In this document: piece after piece, positions 38,093 to 50,505 of the stretch | Layout: each line of letters begins with the position of its first letter | Position numbering within the stretch: position 1 is the stretch's first letter | DNA from: Laetmonice hystrix | Taxonomy: Eukaryota | DNA length: 64,000 bases | Direction: 5' to 3' | Assembly (NCBI GenBank): GCA_965235115.1 | Contig: OZ249436.1 | Span: 64,728,001-64,792,000, forward strand | Program-made: the position numbers and the translations under genes | The notes under the pieces: generated by a model | The model's input: only the letters and a program-made list of their open reading frames with translations | What the model was told of the DNA's origin: nothing | Databases searched by the model: none

Positions 38093-38838
38093 CCAGGTTA
38101 GGCCGACCACTTGACACGAGAAGCGGCGGCGGTACACGGGCACGTGCTCCAGCTGGCCGCTCACCATGTTAGCGTCCCATTTCCGCGAGCCGTCGTTAAT
38201 TCACTGCAACACGCCCAGCCCCTCTCCGCTACACGCCGACGTTTCCGCGCTTCATTAGCTCGTATCTTCCCCCAAGCTCTAACCCTTAACACTCGAGGGT
38301 TGCACTGAATATGGCTGGGACTTGTGTTTAACCGATCCGTTATCCATCTAAACATGTGTACGTGATGTTGATGGGCACTGCAGATTTATTCTTCTCCATA
38401 TCGCCCATTAAGGACGGAAGGAAAATGTTTCCGTTAACCGACCTAATATTATATCATGCGGCCGGACAGACGAATATTAAGGCTACCTAATCACATTAAT
38501 GTATTATGTCCCTTTTTGCGAAAGGAGCATTTCTGTGAATTCACAAGACAAAGATGACGTAACTAATCTGGTAAACAGTATCGTATAACTAAATGCTCGG
38601 GTCTATCAGATCGAAGTACACGATTAATTTAAGATGATTGGTTGCTTTGACTAATTAGTTAATGTTTATATCCATAATTTTTTTTATTTTACCTTGACTT
38701 TGGGCGCCAGAACGGGTAACACCTGTATTAACGAAAGGTGCCCCATCGAACGTGACCAAGATTCGACTTATTTCACAGACGCCGATACGAGGTAAATTTC
38801 ATGAGAAGCATAAACATGGCCAACTGAGTAACTCTTTA

Positions 38839-39090
38839 GAAAATCACTATGGTTTTCTTAAGGGATTCTCAACTACAAAAATGTGTCTTCACTCTGATAA
38901 ATGACATTTCACGGGATAAGACAAATAATCAGTACACAGCAGTCGTATTCCTGAACCTGGCCAAAGCTTTCGATACTGTGCATCACGACAGTCTTTTGGG
39001 GAAGTTGTAAAATACAGGTATAAGAAATAGTGCAAAAAATGGATTGAAAGTTATCTGACAAATAGAAAACAGTCAGTTATTATAAATAAT
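38839..39090 (+). pseudogene. Decayed LINE (L2/CR1 group) RT fragment
   Basis: HYGFLKGFSTT..LINDIS..AVVFLNLAKAFDTVHHDSLLGKL*NTGIRN..WIESYLTNRKQSV, with a stop and frameshifts. Confidence 0.8.
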
Positions 39091-41940
39091 ATCACAAAGA
39101 AAGTGGCTTGCGTCAGAGACTATAAAACAGGGGTCTATACAAAAGTGTTCAAGCTTACATCTAATTTTAAGGATATTTTAAGGATATGCATGACATAAAC
39201 GCAAAAAATGCTCTGATTAAACCTCATGCATAATCTAGCATAATAGGTACGTCAATCGTCATAATCGTGAAATAGCAACCAGAAATAGGCCTAGAGCTGG
39301 GCCAGTGTTAAATTCTATATTACCGAAGGTTTATAGAATAAATCCATCATGGTCCGAACGTATGGAACAGATTAGATGCTCAACTCAGAAACATAGAAGA
39401 TAAAGATGCATATATAAATGCGCGTTAAAAACATATATCTTTGGTCTATTTTTACCCACGTGACTTTTACCTTATCCCATCCCACATCAAATTAGCACTA
39501 GGGCACCCGGGGTCCTTTTCTACAGAACATATCAATTTTAACAAGACAGCTGGGAGGCCACCATGCAAAGCTCTCCCAGCTAGATCCGCCACTGTTGTTT
39601 TCGTTTTGTGTACAAGGTAAGGTAACAGGGTCAGGGTCACTGTTATACATAGGCTCCGGAACGAAGGTATAGCGGGGCAAGCAGTTTCACCCCCTCCCCG
39701 CCCCACCCACTCTGAAGCGTGTAGGCGGAGCATCGGATTTATTCTTGCTCTTTTAACTGAGTACCTCACAACCTGCCCACCCCCATAGAAGTATCGGATT
39801 TGGTCTTGCATCCAAGCAGCTGGGAATATATCCGGTGCCTATGTTATACCCCTCAACAATAACCCATTAGGTCACTAAAATGCGAGAAACATGCGCCAGA
39901 AGGGCTCTTTTTTATTTTTTTTTAAAGTGGCCTTATGTCATGTAACTCAAGTTGAGATATCTGCGCGACGAGTCATGTAAGATGCGTACTGTAGCCATTG
40001 CCATCGGTGCAAGAAAGGTTCCGAAAAGAAGCATTCTATGTCGTTGGTATATGGCATTCAACAAATTGCCATAAAATAATCTTTAATAATAAAATTCAGA
40101 GAACAGTCTAAATGTTAATGGAGGCATGACTCTAAGATCAAGCAGTCAATCATCAACAAAATATGAGATGAATACTTGATTTGCGAAATGAAATGGGAAT
40201 TTTATTAATTCAGATATATGCTGCTCGGCCTCGGCCGACATTAGTCTATCACATTAGTGCAAATATCAAGTTCAAGTTATGTGATATGAAACGTCTCTTT
40301 TTTTAAATGACTTAAATTTGAATTCCACACATACCAAGCCTATCTATAATATATATGCACGTATTATGGGAAAGATAGCGGTTTGCAAAGTGGGAGATGA
40401 AGTATTTTAGTGCGATGTTGATGCTTCTGAATTGACAATAATCCTGAACTGTATTTGCACCCTCAGGCCATGGCAGACTCTCAAAGTGCCTACCAGGTTC
40501 CCGACTGCCTGCGCGCAAGATAAGGTCAAGAGTTCCAGGCAGACCTTCACAGCTGCCGCCTCTCATCAAGCGGCCTCTCGCTCGACCAATTGCCGTCAAA
40601 AATGAGCAACCCAGAAAAAAGGCATTAAATTCAGAGAGGTTAATTATACACTCCCACAAAAACTTACATGTGGTCAAAGTACAGTGAAACCCCCCCCCCC
40701 CCCCTGCGGGAAGGTCGTCAAACTGATCGGAAACTAATAAGGTAAGGTCATGAACTACATTCAGATTTCTCGGAAAGAAACATTACCTTTGACTATCTGT
40801 ATAGTTTTTCCATGCATGCCTTCTCCCTTCTCCTCCTATTCTGACCCCCATTGATTATTTGACAGCTAAAGTAGGCCCTACTCGACTAATGTCCCTTATC
40901 TGCCGAAGGACGCAAAGGGGTTCTCAATGCAGGTCATATCTCAAGGGCCTGTAGTCGGGTACATTAATTGTATACTAAGTAGGTTACCCCACCCCCTCGT
41001 CATTCCCGGTCAACCCACCAATATATACAAACCAAGGGTTATCCGGTCTGTCAAGTCTAACAATCCCATTTGAGTTGTAGTCATTTCGGAATCCATGTAA
41101 ATTTGTGTCTTGCTGCTAAAAATACAATTGCTGGAACTTAACTGTAATTTTGCTGGTGCCGCTGGAGTCACTACTGTTTACATCAGCCGCGTGTCTATGT
41201 ACACTTACATTTGCCTGGCTGGGTTACCAATACTATAATAACACATTGTAGGTTTTCCTTTTCACGCTTGGACGGTGGCCTGATTTTTCATCAGAGTATC
41301 AGGGTTGTCTTTTAACTGTTAATGACAGCACACCCTTTGATTTAGAATTCAAATAAGTCCAGGAAGATTGGTCTGAATTTCGTTAGTGTGACCTAAAGTA
41401 ATTATGAATTGTGAAAGCTGAGGCCTATTACCCTAGCAATTGGTTTAAAGAGCTTCGAGCAATTGAAGCCTGTCATTTCGCAATACGCGACTAGGAGGGT
41501 CGAGGCGAGTACACAGGGTGGCGCCCGGCTTTATAAGGGAGGGGGGCATTAGATTATTTCATGAGGAATTCAAGAAGCCTGCGATGACAATATTGTAAGG
41601 AGCATTGCCCTCTTTTTAAACATTACCGCAAGCAAGGACGTAAGTAGCGAGAAAAAAATTAATAGCTGCAATTCAACAAGGAACGCCTACAGTCTTAGGT
41701 CTCCCATGGTTACTGCAGCCAAGAACAAAAGGGTCACGTGTTACGTCGGTGTGTGATGTATTACATGGGAACTGAGTGGAATTGGTTCAGGTTTTACTAT
41801 GACCTACAGCTTTATCCTTCAACATATTAGGTAGAAGGACAGAAACTTGCCCCACACTTGCGATCTCCAGAGAAGTCAACCAAATTAAATTCCATTTCAT
41901 TAATCGTGATTCAGTAATCCGAGTCCGAGAGAGGCCATCG

Positions 41941-42095
41941 CTAACAATGACCTAACTTTACCTGTTTCATCCCTAACAATGACCTAACTTTACCTGTTTC
42001 ATCCCTAACAATGACCTAACTTTACCTGTTTCATTCCTAACAATGACCTAATTTTACCTGTTTCATCCCTAACATTGACCTAATTTTACCTGTTT
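41941..42095. repeat. 32-bp minisatellite (~4.8 copies), repeated at 43546-43700 and 45151-45305 by the triplication
   Basis: CTAACAATGACCTAACTTTACCTGTTTCATCC with period 32. Confidence 0.93.
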
Positions 42096-42409
42096 GTTTC
42101 ACATTAAACGAGGAAGCAGGCAATGAGTGCATTTCTCATTTTACTGATATTTTCCCTGGACTTGGCTTAGTTGTTTGCCATAACGAGCTAATCTTCAATT
42201 TCCATTTTACTCAAACCAAATTAAGCTAATAAAAGTCTTGCTCAGACCCATGGTCTCCCGGATGTGGCATCACCTACTTCCGGACAGAGGGCGCTTCTAC
42301 CTAGGCGACTTGTTCGGGAAGTGGTTCGGCGTGAACGTGTACGGGGTACTAGTCATAATAGGACTTGCCTTTGGTGGAACGATCGGCTAGACATCCACTG
42401 TGGTCAAGT

Positions 42410-42448
42410 CAAGAATATTGGGATGTATTCCCCATCCCAATATTCTTG
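42410..42448. mobile_element. 39-bp perfect hairpin flanked by a 7-bp direct repeat (also 44015-44053 and 45620-45658)
   Basis: GTCAAGT|CAAGAATATTGGGATG-TATTCCC-CATCCCAATATTCTTG|GTCAAGT. Confidence 0.6.
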
Positions 42449-45400
42449 GTCAAGTGAACACCCTGAGGACAACCTATTATAGAGACAGGGGGTTCATACA
42501 CGCACAGACGCCAACATCCGGCTGCCAGATATTAGAACTATAGGGGAGTCCCGCATAAAGACCCCCCCCCCCCCCATAGAGAGACCAACCTGTAATTGGG
42601 ACCATTTTGGCTCATAGGGTTGATCCATTGCGGTTTTCGTGTCACGCGACAATTGGCGACAAGCCATCTGATGACAATCTGCGACAAACTGCTGATGTAC
42701 GCTCGTCATGTTGCAGCTGTCGCAGGAAGGGGCGAAATGTCGCCTGATGTTTTTGTAGTTGTTCAAATTTTACAATATACGTCATCAGAATCATCTCAAG
42801 CCTGAGAAGCTTGTCGCCGAATACTTATACTTATGAATACTTATGAATTACTTATATTTCCTTTTTAAATTTGTCATGTTGGATAGGGGGTTTTCATACT
42901 TTTGAAAGTGACGAAACACGGAATTGAAACGCATTACCTAATGACAATGAGAATTTAAGAGCATTGCAAATATTCCATTGATCCTTCGTAGTGTGACCTA
43001 AAGTAATTATGAATTGTGAAAGCTGAGGCCTATTACCCTAGCAATTGGTTTAAAGAGCTTCGAGCAATTGAAGCCTGTCATTTCGCAATACGCGACTAGG
43101 AGGGTCGAGGCGAGTACACAGGGTGGCGCCCGGCTTTATAAGGGAGGGGGGCATTAGATTATTTCATGAGGAATTCAAGAAGCCTGCGATGACAATATTG
43201 TAAGGAGCATTGCCCTCTTTTTAAACATTACCGCAAGCAAGGACGTAAGTAGCGAGAAAAAAATTAATAGCTGCAATTCAACAAGGAACGCCTACAGTCT
43301 TAGGTCTCCCATGGTTACTGCAGCCAAGAACAAAAGGGTCACGTGTTACGTCGGTGTGTGATGTATTACATGGGAACTGAGTGGAATTGGTTCAGGTTTT
43401 ACTATGACCTACAGCTTTATCCTTCAACATATTAGGTAGAAGGACAGAAACTTGCCCCACACTTGCGATCTCCAGAGAAGTCAACCAAATTAAATTCCAT
43501 TTCATTAATCGTGATTCAGTAATCCGAGTCCGAGAGAGGCCATCGCTAACAATGACCTAACTTTACCTGTTTCATCCCTAACAATGACCTAACTTTACCT
43601 GTTTCATCCCTAACAATGACCTAACTTTACCTGTTTCATTCCTAACAATGACCTAATTTTACCTGTTTCATCCCTAACATTGACCTAATTTTACCTGTTT
43701 GTTTCACATTAAACGAGGAAGCAGGCAATGAGTGCATTTCTCATTTTACTGATATTTTCCCTGGACTTGGCTTAGTTGTTTGCCATAACGAGCTAATCTT
43801 CAATTTCCATTTTACTCAAACCAAATTAAGCTAATAAAAGTCTTGCTCAGACCCATGGTCTCCCGGATGTGGCATCACCTACTTCCGGACAGAGGGCGCT
43901 TCTACCTAGGCGACTTGTTCGGGAAGTGGTTCGGCGTGAACGTGTACGGGGTACTAGTCATAATAGGACTTGCCTTTGGTGGAACGATCGGCTAGACATC
44001 CACTGTGGTCAAGTCAAGAATATTGGGATGTATTCCCCATCCCAATATTCTTGGTCAAGTGAACACCCTGAGGACAACCTATTATAGAGACAGGGGGTTC
44101 ATACACGCACAGACGCCAACATCCGGCTGCCAGATATTAGAACTATAGGGGAGTCCCGCATAAAGACCCCCCCCCCCCCCATAGAGAGACCAACCTGTAA
44201 TTGGGACCATTTTGGCTCATAGGGTTGATCCATTGCGGTTTTCGTGTCACGCGACAATTGGCGACAAGCCATCTGATGACAATCTGCGACAAACTGCTGA
44301 TGTACGCTCGTCATGTTGCAGCTGTCGCAGGAAGGGGCGAAATGTCGCCTGATGTTTTTGTAGTTGTTCAAATTTTACAATATACGTCATCAGAATCATC
44401 TCAAGCCTGAGAAGCTTGTCGCCGAATACTTATACTTATGAATACTTATGAATTACTTATATTTCCTTTTTAAATTTGTCATGTTGGATAGGGGGTTTTC
44501 ATACTTTTGAAAGTGACGAAACACGGAATTGAAACGCATTACCTAATGACAATGAGAATTTAAGAGCATTGCAAATATTCCATTGATCCTTCGTAGTGTG
44601 ACCTAAAGTAATTATGAATTGTGAAAGCTGAGGCCTATTACCCTAGCAATTGGTTTAAAGAGCTTCGAGCAATTGAAGCCTGTCATTTCGCAATACGCGA
44701 CTAGGAGGGTCGAGGCGAGTACACAGGGTGGCGCCCGGCTTTATAAGGGAGGGGGGCATTAGATTATTTCATGAGGAATTCAAGAAGCCTGCGATGACAA
44801 TATTGTAAGGAGCATTGCCCTCTTTTTAAACATTACCGCAAGCAAGGACGTAAGTAGCGAGAAAAAAATTAATAGCTGCAATTCAACAAGGAACGCCTAC
44901 AGTCTTAGGTCTCCCATGGTTACTGCAGCCAAGAACAAAAGGGTCACGTGTTACGTCGGTGTGTGATGTATTACATGGGAACTGAGTGGAATTGGTTCAG
45001 GTTTTACTATGACCTACAGCTTTATCCTTCAACATATTAGGTAGAAGGACAGAAACTTGCCCCACACTTGCGATCTCCAGAGAAGTCAACCAAATTAAAT
45101 TCCATTTCATTAATCGTGATTCAGTAATCCGAGTCCGAGAGAGGCCATCGCTAACAATGACCTAACTTTACCTGTTTCATCCCTAACAATGACCTAACTT
45201 TACCTGTTTCATCCCTAACAATGACCTAACTTTACCTGTTTCATTCCTAACAATGACCTAATTTTACCTGTTTCATCCCTAACATTGACCTAATTTTACC
45301 TGTTTGTTTCACATTAAACGAGGAAGCAGGCAATGAGTGCATTTCTCATTTTACTGATATTTTCCCTGGACTTGGCTTAGTTGTTTGCCATAACGAGCTA

Positions 45401-45855
45401 ATCTTCAATTTCCATTTTACTCAAACCAAATTAAGCTAATAAAAGTCTTGCTCAGACCCATGGTCTCCCGGATGTGGCATCACCTACTTCCGGACAGAGG
45501 GCGCTTCTACCTAGGCGACTTGTTCGGGAAGTGGTTCGGCGTGAACGTGTACGGGGTACTAGTCATAATAGGACTTGCCTTTGGTGGAACGATCGGCTAG
45601 ACATCCACTGTGGTCAAGTCAAGAATATTGGGATGTATTCCCCATCCCAATATTCTTGGTCAAGTGAACACCCTGAGGACAACCTATTATAGAGACAGGG
45701 GGTTCATACACGCACAGACGCCAACATCCGGCTGCCAGATATTAGAACTATAGGGGAGTCCCGCATAAAGACCCCCCCCCCCCCCCATAGAGAGACCAAC
45801 CTGTAATTGGGACCATTTTGGCTCATAGGGTTGATCCATTGCGGTTTTCGTGTCA

Positions 45856-46257
45856 CGCGACAATTGGCGACAAGCCATCTGATGACAATCTGCGACAAAC
45901 TGCTGATGTACGCTCGTCATGTTGCAGCTGTCGCAGGAAGGGGCGAAATGTCGCCTGATGTTTTTGTAGTTGTTCAAATTTTACAATATACGTCATCAGA
46001 ATCATCTCAAGCCTGAGAAGCTTGTCGCCGAATACCGTAAAAAATATTCAAACAAGTTTAAAGACATTCAGCGACAGCCTTGACGCAGCTTGTCGCCCTA
46101 CCTTGATTTTGTTGCAGAGAGCTGCCAGTAGCCCCAAGAGGCCGTACGAGGTGATCAAATGGAATGTTATAAACTGTCGCAGGAAGGCGCCAAAATGGTT
46201 GGAAATCTTGTCCCAGGACGCCATAAATTGGCTTCTCGCATGTCGCTAATTGTCGCG
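45856..46257. mobile_element. Foldback element with GCGACA-rich arms; complete only in triplication copy 3
   Basis: CGCGACAATTGGCGACA ... TGTCGCTAATTGTCGCG (1 mismatch). Copies 1 and 2 are cut at GCCGAATAC. Degenerate inverted similarity extends somewhat further out. Confidence 0.65.
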
Positions 46258-46316
46258 CGGCAAAATACCGCAGCCATTTTGAACTCAGAAAATGGTCTTA
46301 TTGATATAGTCATATA

Positions 46317-47024
46317 TCGGGTGGGCCACAAAAAACTGGAACACTCTTTTCTTCACTATAACTTCTTCAATTTTATCCCAATGTCATAATATTTTACACA
46401 TGATATTTGGTTATTTGTGGTCTGTGGTACCAATTTCAGATAAATAATTCAAAATGTCTAAAAATAGTGCCATTTTTAAAACCTCATGTCAAAAATTGCA
46501 ATGCCGGACCATGGTAGTTTACGTGGTGCCGAACGTCTTAGGCAGGGTTGGGTCCACTGTGTCTAATCACGTGACATCTTTCAATCAAATTCTCCTGCCA
46601 AATCACAGGTGATCGTTCAGACTCCGTTTTGACACATTTTATCAGAATAAAACTAAGTTTGATTAAATTATCGTTTGTCAGGGCGGAGGCCGGCAAGAAG
46701 TGGGCTGAGCTCCATCAACATCACACCTGCCGAAACCCAGATGACAAGCTCTGTTACCATCACTGAACACCATGCAGAAAATTTAGAAAAACAACCTGTT
46801 CTGTGTGAAAGTTTCTGATGAAATGTGTCAACACGGTATTGCAATTTTTGACCTGCAGTTTTAAAAAATGGCGCTATTTTTAGACGTTTTCACCTACTTA
46901 TCTGAAATTTGTACCACAGGCCTCAAATAACCAGACGATATCATGTGTAAAATATTATTCCGTCGGGATAAATTATATTGTAGAAGTTATAGTCAAGAAA
47001 AGATTGTTCCAGGTTTTTTCTGCC
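46317..47024. mobile_element. Mariner-type long-TIR non-autonomous element, copy A
   Basis: TA|TCGGGTGGGCC left end. Inverted arms of about 200 bp (GTGCCATTTTTAAAAC / GTTTTAAAAAATGGCGC). The right tip is partly deleted. Same family as 57012-58079. Confidence 0.8.
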
Positions 47025-50000
47025 TATATCTTTTAACTGCAGGGTAAGTGATACTTCTACTGATTTAAAATCTAACTATGAAACTTATTATGCAAGGAGA
47101 AAATTCAGTTCTTGACTTCTGTTTGATTTCCGAATTGTGACTCCCAAAATTAGGATACTTTGCCCGAGTAAGATTGCATGGACTGCCAGTCTATCTCAGC
47201 CCGTCCTTGGAGACGGATGTTAAAGGTTGTGCTTGGTGCACCAGTAAACAACTCGAAGCCATTCAGTCAACGCTAAACGGGCCCTGAGGGCAACAGCAGC
47301 TGTATGGCACCCGACTGACGTATACACATACTCAACTCTGCTGGTACCGGTTGTCGTGTTGGTAGTACGAGGAGAGGTCGGGGTGCAGGGGTATAGGAGG
47401 GGATAGGGACACCCTATATGCCTGCACCTGAACAACGCTGGATCTTCTCAGTGTTAGCCTGTCTGGTCTAAAACTATTGAACGAATGGCACATTGACCCA
47501 AGCAAGAGTATCAATACCTGTTGCCATTATGATATATTTAGATACAAAAATGTTATATACCACCCTTCATGTTCAAACAAATGACTTTAAACATTTTAAT
47601 TATATATTACAACTTTTCTAAAGCGTTCATTAAACGTTCCTGGCTAACTGGGTTATATTGCGGTTTGTTACACGCAGACAGAGACATCTGCATTTTAAAA
47701 AAGACATGCAAAGGCATCAGCGGGTGGAATATCAAAATAAAAGAAACGGGATCACCCTATTCGTGTACAAATTCATTTCCTTTTGGCAAAAATTGGCATA
47801 TTGCCAACAATATAAGACTTACACCCACCCAAACCCACCCCCGCACCCCAACCCACACACGACGCAGGCACGTGCACACACACGTGGGTTCCGCCTCTTT
47901 CCTGTACTGCCGAGTCGATCGAATTCTACCCCTGTAATCCTATGATACGGCTACAGGTCGATAGCTTCTACAGGCAGGAATAACATTGGCTACATTTGGG
48001 GCACATCCTTCGGGTAAATTACGCCAGAGTGAAGTAGAATGATTGGGGGAGGGGGGGGGGTTACATGAGGTATATCCTTATTTATATTTTTTTAAATAAA
48101 ATGATTGATGATTGATCATTTTATGAAGTAGTGCAAACTCCCCCCCCCCCCCCCCCACCTGTTATGTTATTCTGAAGAAGGCTGAAGACCCCCAAATTTC
48201 GTACTCCAATGAACAGGTCCATATACTTCCCAATATATGTCACAATGTATCCTTTTAAGGTAATAACAGTTCCTCCAGTAGTTCATTCGGCAAATCAAGC
48301 CAGGTGTATATTGCCATTCACTATGACAAATTGACAAAAACCGTTTTATCCAGGGAACAACGTTTAAAATACTACAACGCTTTTGATAGAAGAGAAAGGA
48401 GTCCATTAGTCTACAAGGACATCGTTAATTGAGAATATGTAGGGACTGATTATCATGAGATAGTGTTCTATAGTTAAAAACAACAACAACGGGCGGGGGG
48501 GGGGACTAGCAGTCCAGTTGTAAACTATGGCGAGTCAATCAATAATGTATATCCTTATTCACTGTTCGTTATATTTTACATACAGGCATGTACATTCCGA
48601 GTGGATACTGCAGAGAAACTTTTTTAATATTGGCGAAGGCAATACGCCACGGGACAGGATCTGCCCCATGAGGCCTACCCCACTGATTGAATACATGTAC
48701 GCAGTACATGATGGCCATGACCAAATTTAGTCCTTGATCTCTCTCTCTTGGTCTGTCAGCGTGCCATTGGGAATATGGCAATGTTTAAACCAAGGCATTG
48801 TCATGCTCTAAATGTGGCCATGTACATGTCATATGTAATTGGTTTGCGCCATTTCTATAGTATGTGAACTTCTATCATCATCTATACTTTGTATACTATA
48901 TCGATATATTATTATTATTTATTCATCTAGTATAGCGCAAAATATATACACAAGGTTTCTATGCGCTCTACAGCAAGTAAAATAATAAATAGTAGTTTAA
49001 AACAATAAAACGATATAATATGTATTAGGCCCTAAGTTATCCTGACAATACAATCTTTTCCCCACCCTTTGTATTGGCAGACTTTTAAAATAAGTTTATT
49101 CTCCATTGCTCCCTTTTGTGTACATGTATTTTTGTATTTTCTCATCGATGGTAGTAGAAGCAGGAGTCTGGAAGTTAGCCTACATATCACTTTACCAATC
49201 AAGCAATGCGGCATGGGGTCATGGGTCCCCGTCGTTACCTTAATAATAAGCTCTTTTGCATGGAGGCCACATAAACTACTGGTTTGGTTTATACGCGCCC
49301 ATCCTCAGTGTAATTTGAAAACCATCGTGAGGCCAAGATTAGGGACATACAGATTCTGTTCTTGCTAATTAACGATAAAATGACATTAAAAAGGTTATTG
49401 ATTGTTGTTTATTGATTTCCAGGAAAATAAATAAATAAATAAGTAAACATATATTGATTTCCATTACCATTGCAAATACGACTACTGTATGCATAAAAAC
49501 CTTCCTCTCGTTCTCAGTTGTTCGGAATATTAAATAAGTGTGGCCCAGCAGGGTAATTGGTAGTCATCATCTGCTCATTCAAGCTTGTTCCGATATGAAC
49601 TGGTTAGTTTTGATTACCAATCGATAAAGAGAGCAAACAAGGCATTTCCCCATCCGTCAACCTGTTACGTTCAAGCACAGGGACTTCCTGACCTGGGTGT
49701 AAGCCAAAACACGGTCGCCCTTGAGATTGTAAGAGTGATATGTTGACACTGAAAGCTTCGTCTCTCCCACCAAGCCTGGACAGACCAGCTACACGCGTAG
49801 TCTACTATTCTTCTGGTGCCGACGGACCCCACTCTTCCTACCGTTTCACCCCCTCATGCAGGTCTAAAAGTCTCGAGCCAAAGATTGAAACGTCTGGTCC
49901 ATGGGGATATTTTGTTCTAATATTCCACATTTAGATGAAGACAATAAGTGTGGAGACTTTGGTCAAACTGTAATTGAGTGTATGTCCGCGTTTATTTGAG

Positions 50001-50442
50001 GGTTGCAGTACATTAAGAATGAGTATGCTAAAGGTGGACACAGAGCGACCCTGGATGTTGTGAAAACAATAGCACCTTGCGAGCAGTCGCTTCTCAGATA
50101 TCGTTTTGTGGTTAACCGACAATGTGACCGCCAGACAGCCATATGAAAACATCCTTTATGTATGATAGGCCTCTGTAGGCCTACATCCCATTTATGTCTG
50201 ATGATCCATTAAATTTAACGACATAATCATAGCAATATATTTACTTACCGTACATAGGAGTAAGCATGCAAGACGGCTGGAAGAATGTGTTGGTCTCTAA
50301 ATTATACGTAGGCCTAATTAGGTCTTCGCCGTGACGTGGTTCTCAGGGCATACCATCAGAGATTACCGCTCGGAACATCCATGTCCTTACCACCCCGGGT
50401 ACATGGATCCAACTCCTGTATCGTTGGCTGGCTGACCCCGCC

Positions 50443-50443
<1 letters not shown>

Positions 50444-50503
<60 letters not shown>
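50444..50503. repeat. (CTG)20 trinucleotide repeat in a GC-rich island
   Basis: Direct reading of the sequence. Confidence 0.97.

Positions 50504-50505
<2 letters not shown>

Larger units (their letters stand above)
41384..46035. repeat. Near-identical tandem triplication, period 1605 bp (unit ~1441 bp plus 164-bp junction insert)
   Basis: Units start at 41384, 42989 and 44594, and identical ORF calls recur at 42264/43869/45474. The only difference seen is a poly-C of 14/14/15. Confidence 0.97.

Noticed and set aside
37355-38167. 270-aa and 234-aa minus-strand ORFs as genes
   Set aside because: They are translations of a 35-bp tandem repeat that lacks stop codons.
42264-46016. Triplicated 69-96 aa ORFs as a duplicated gene cluster
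   Set aside because: They have no recognisable domains, overlap poly-C and MITE sequence, and recur only because of the triplication.
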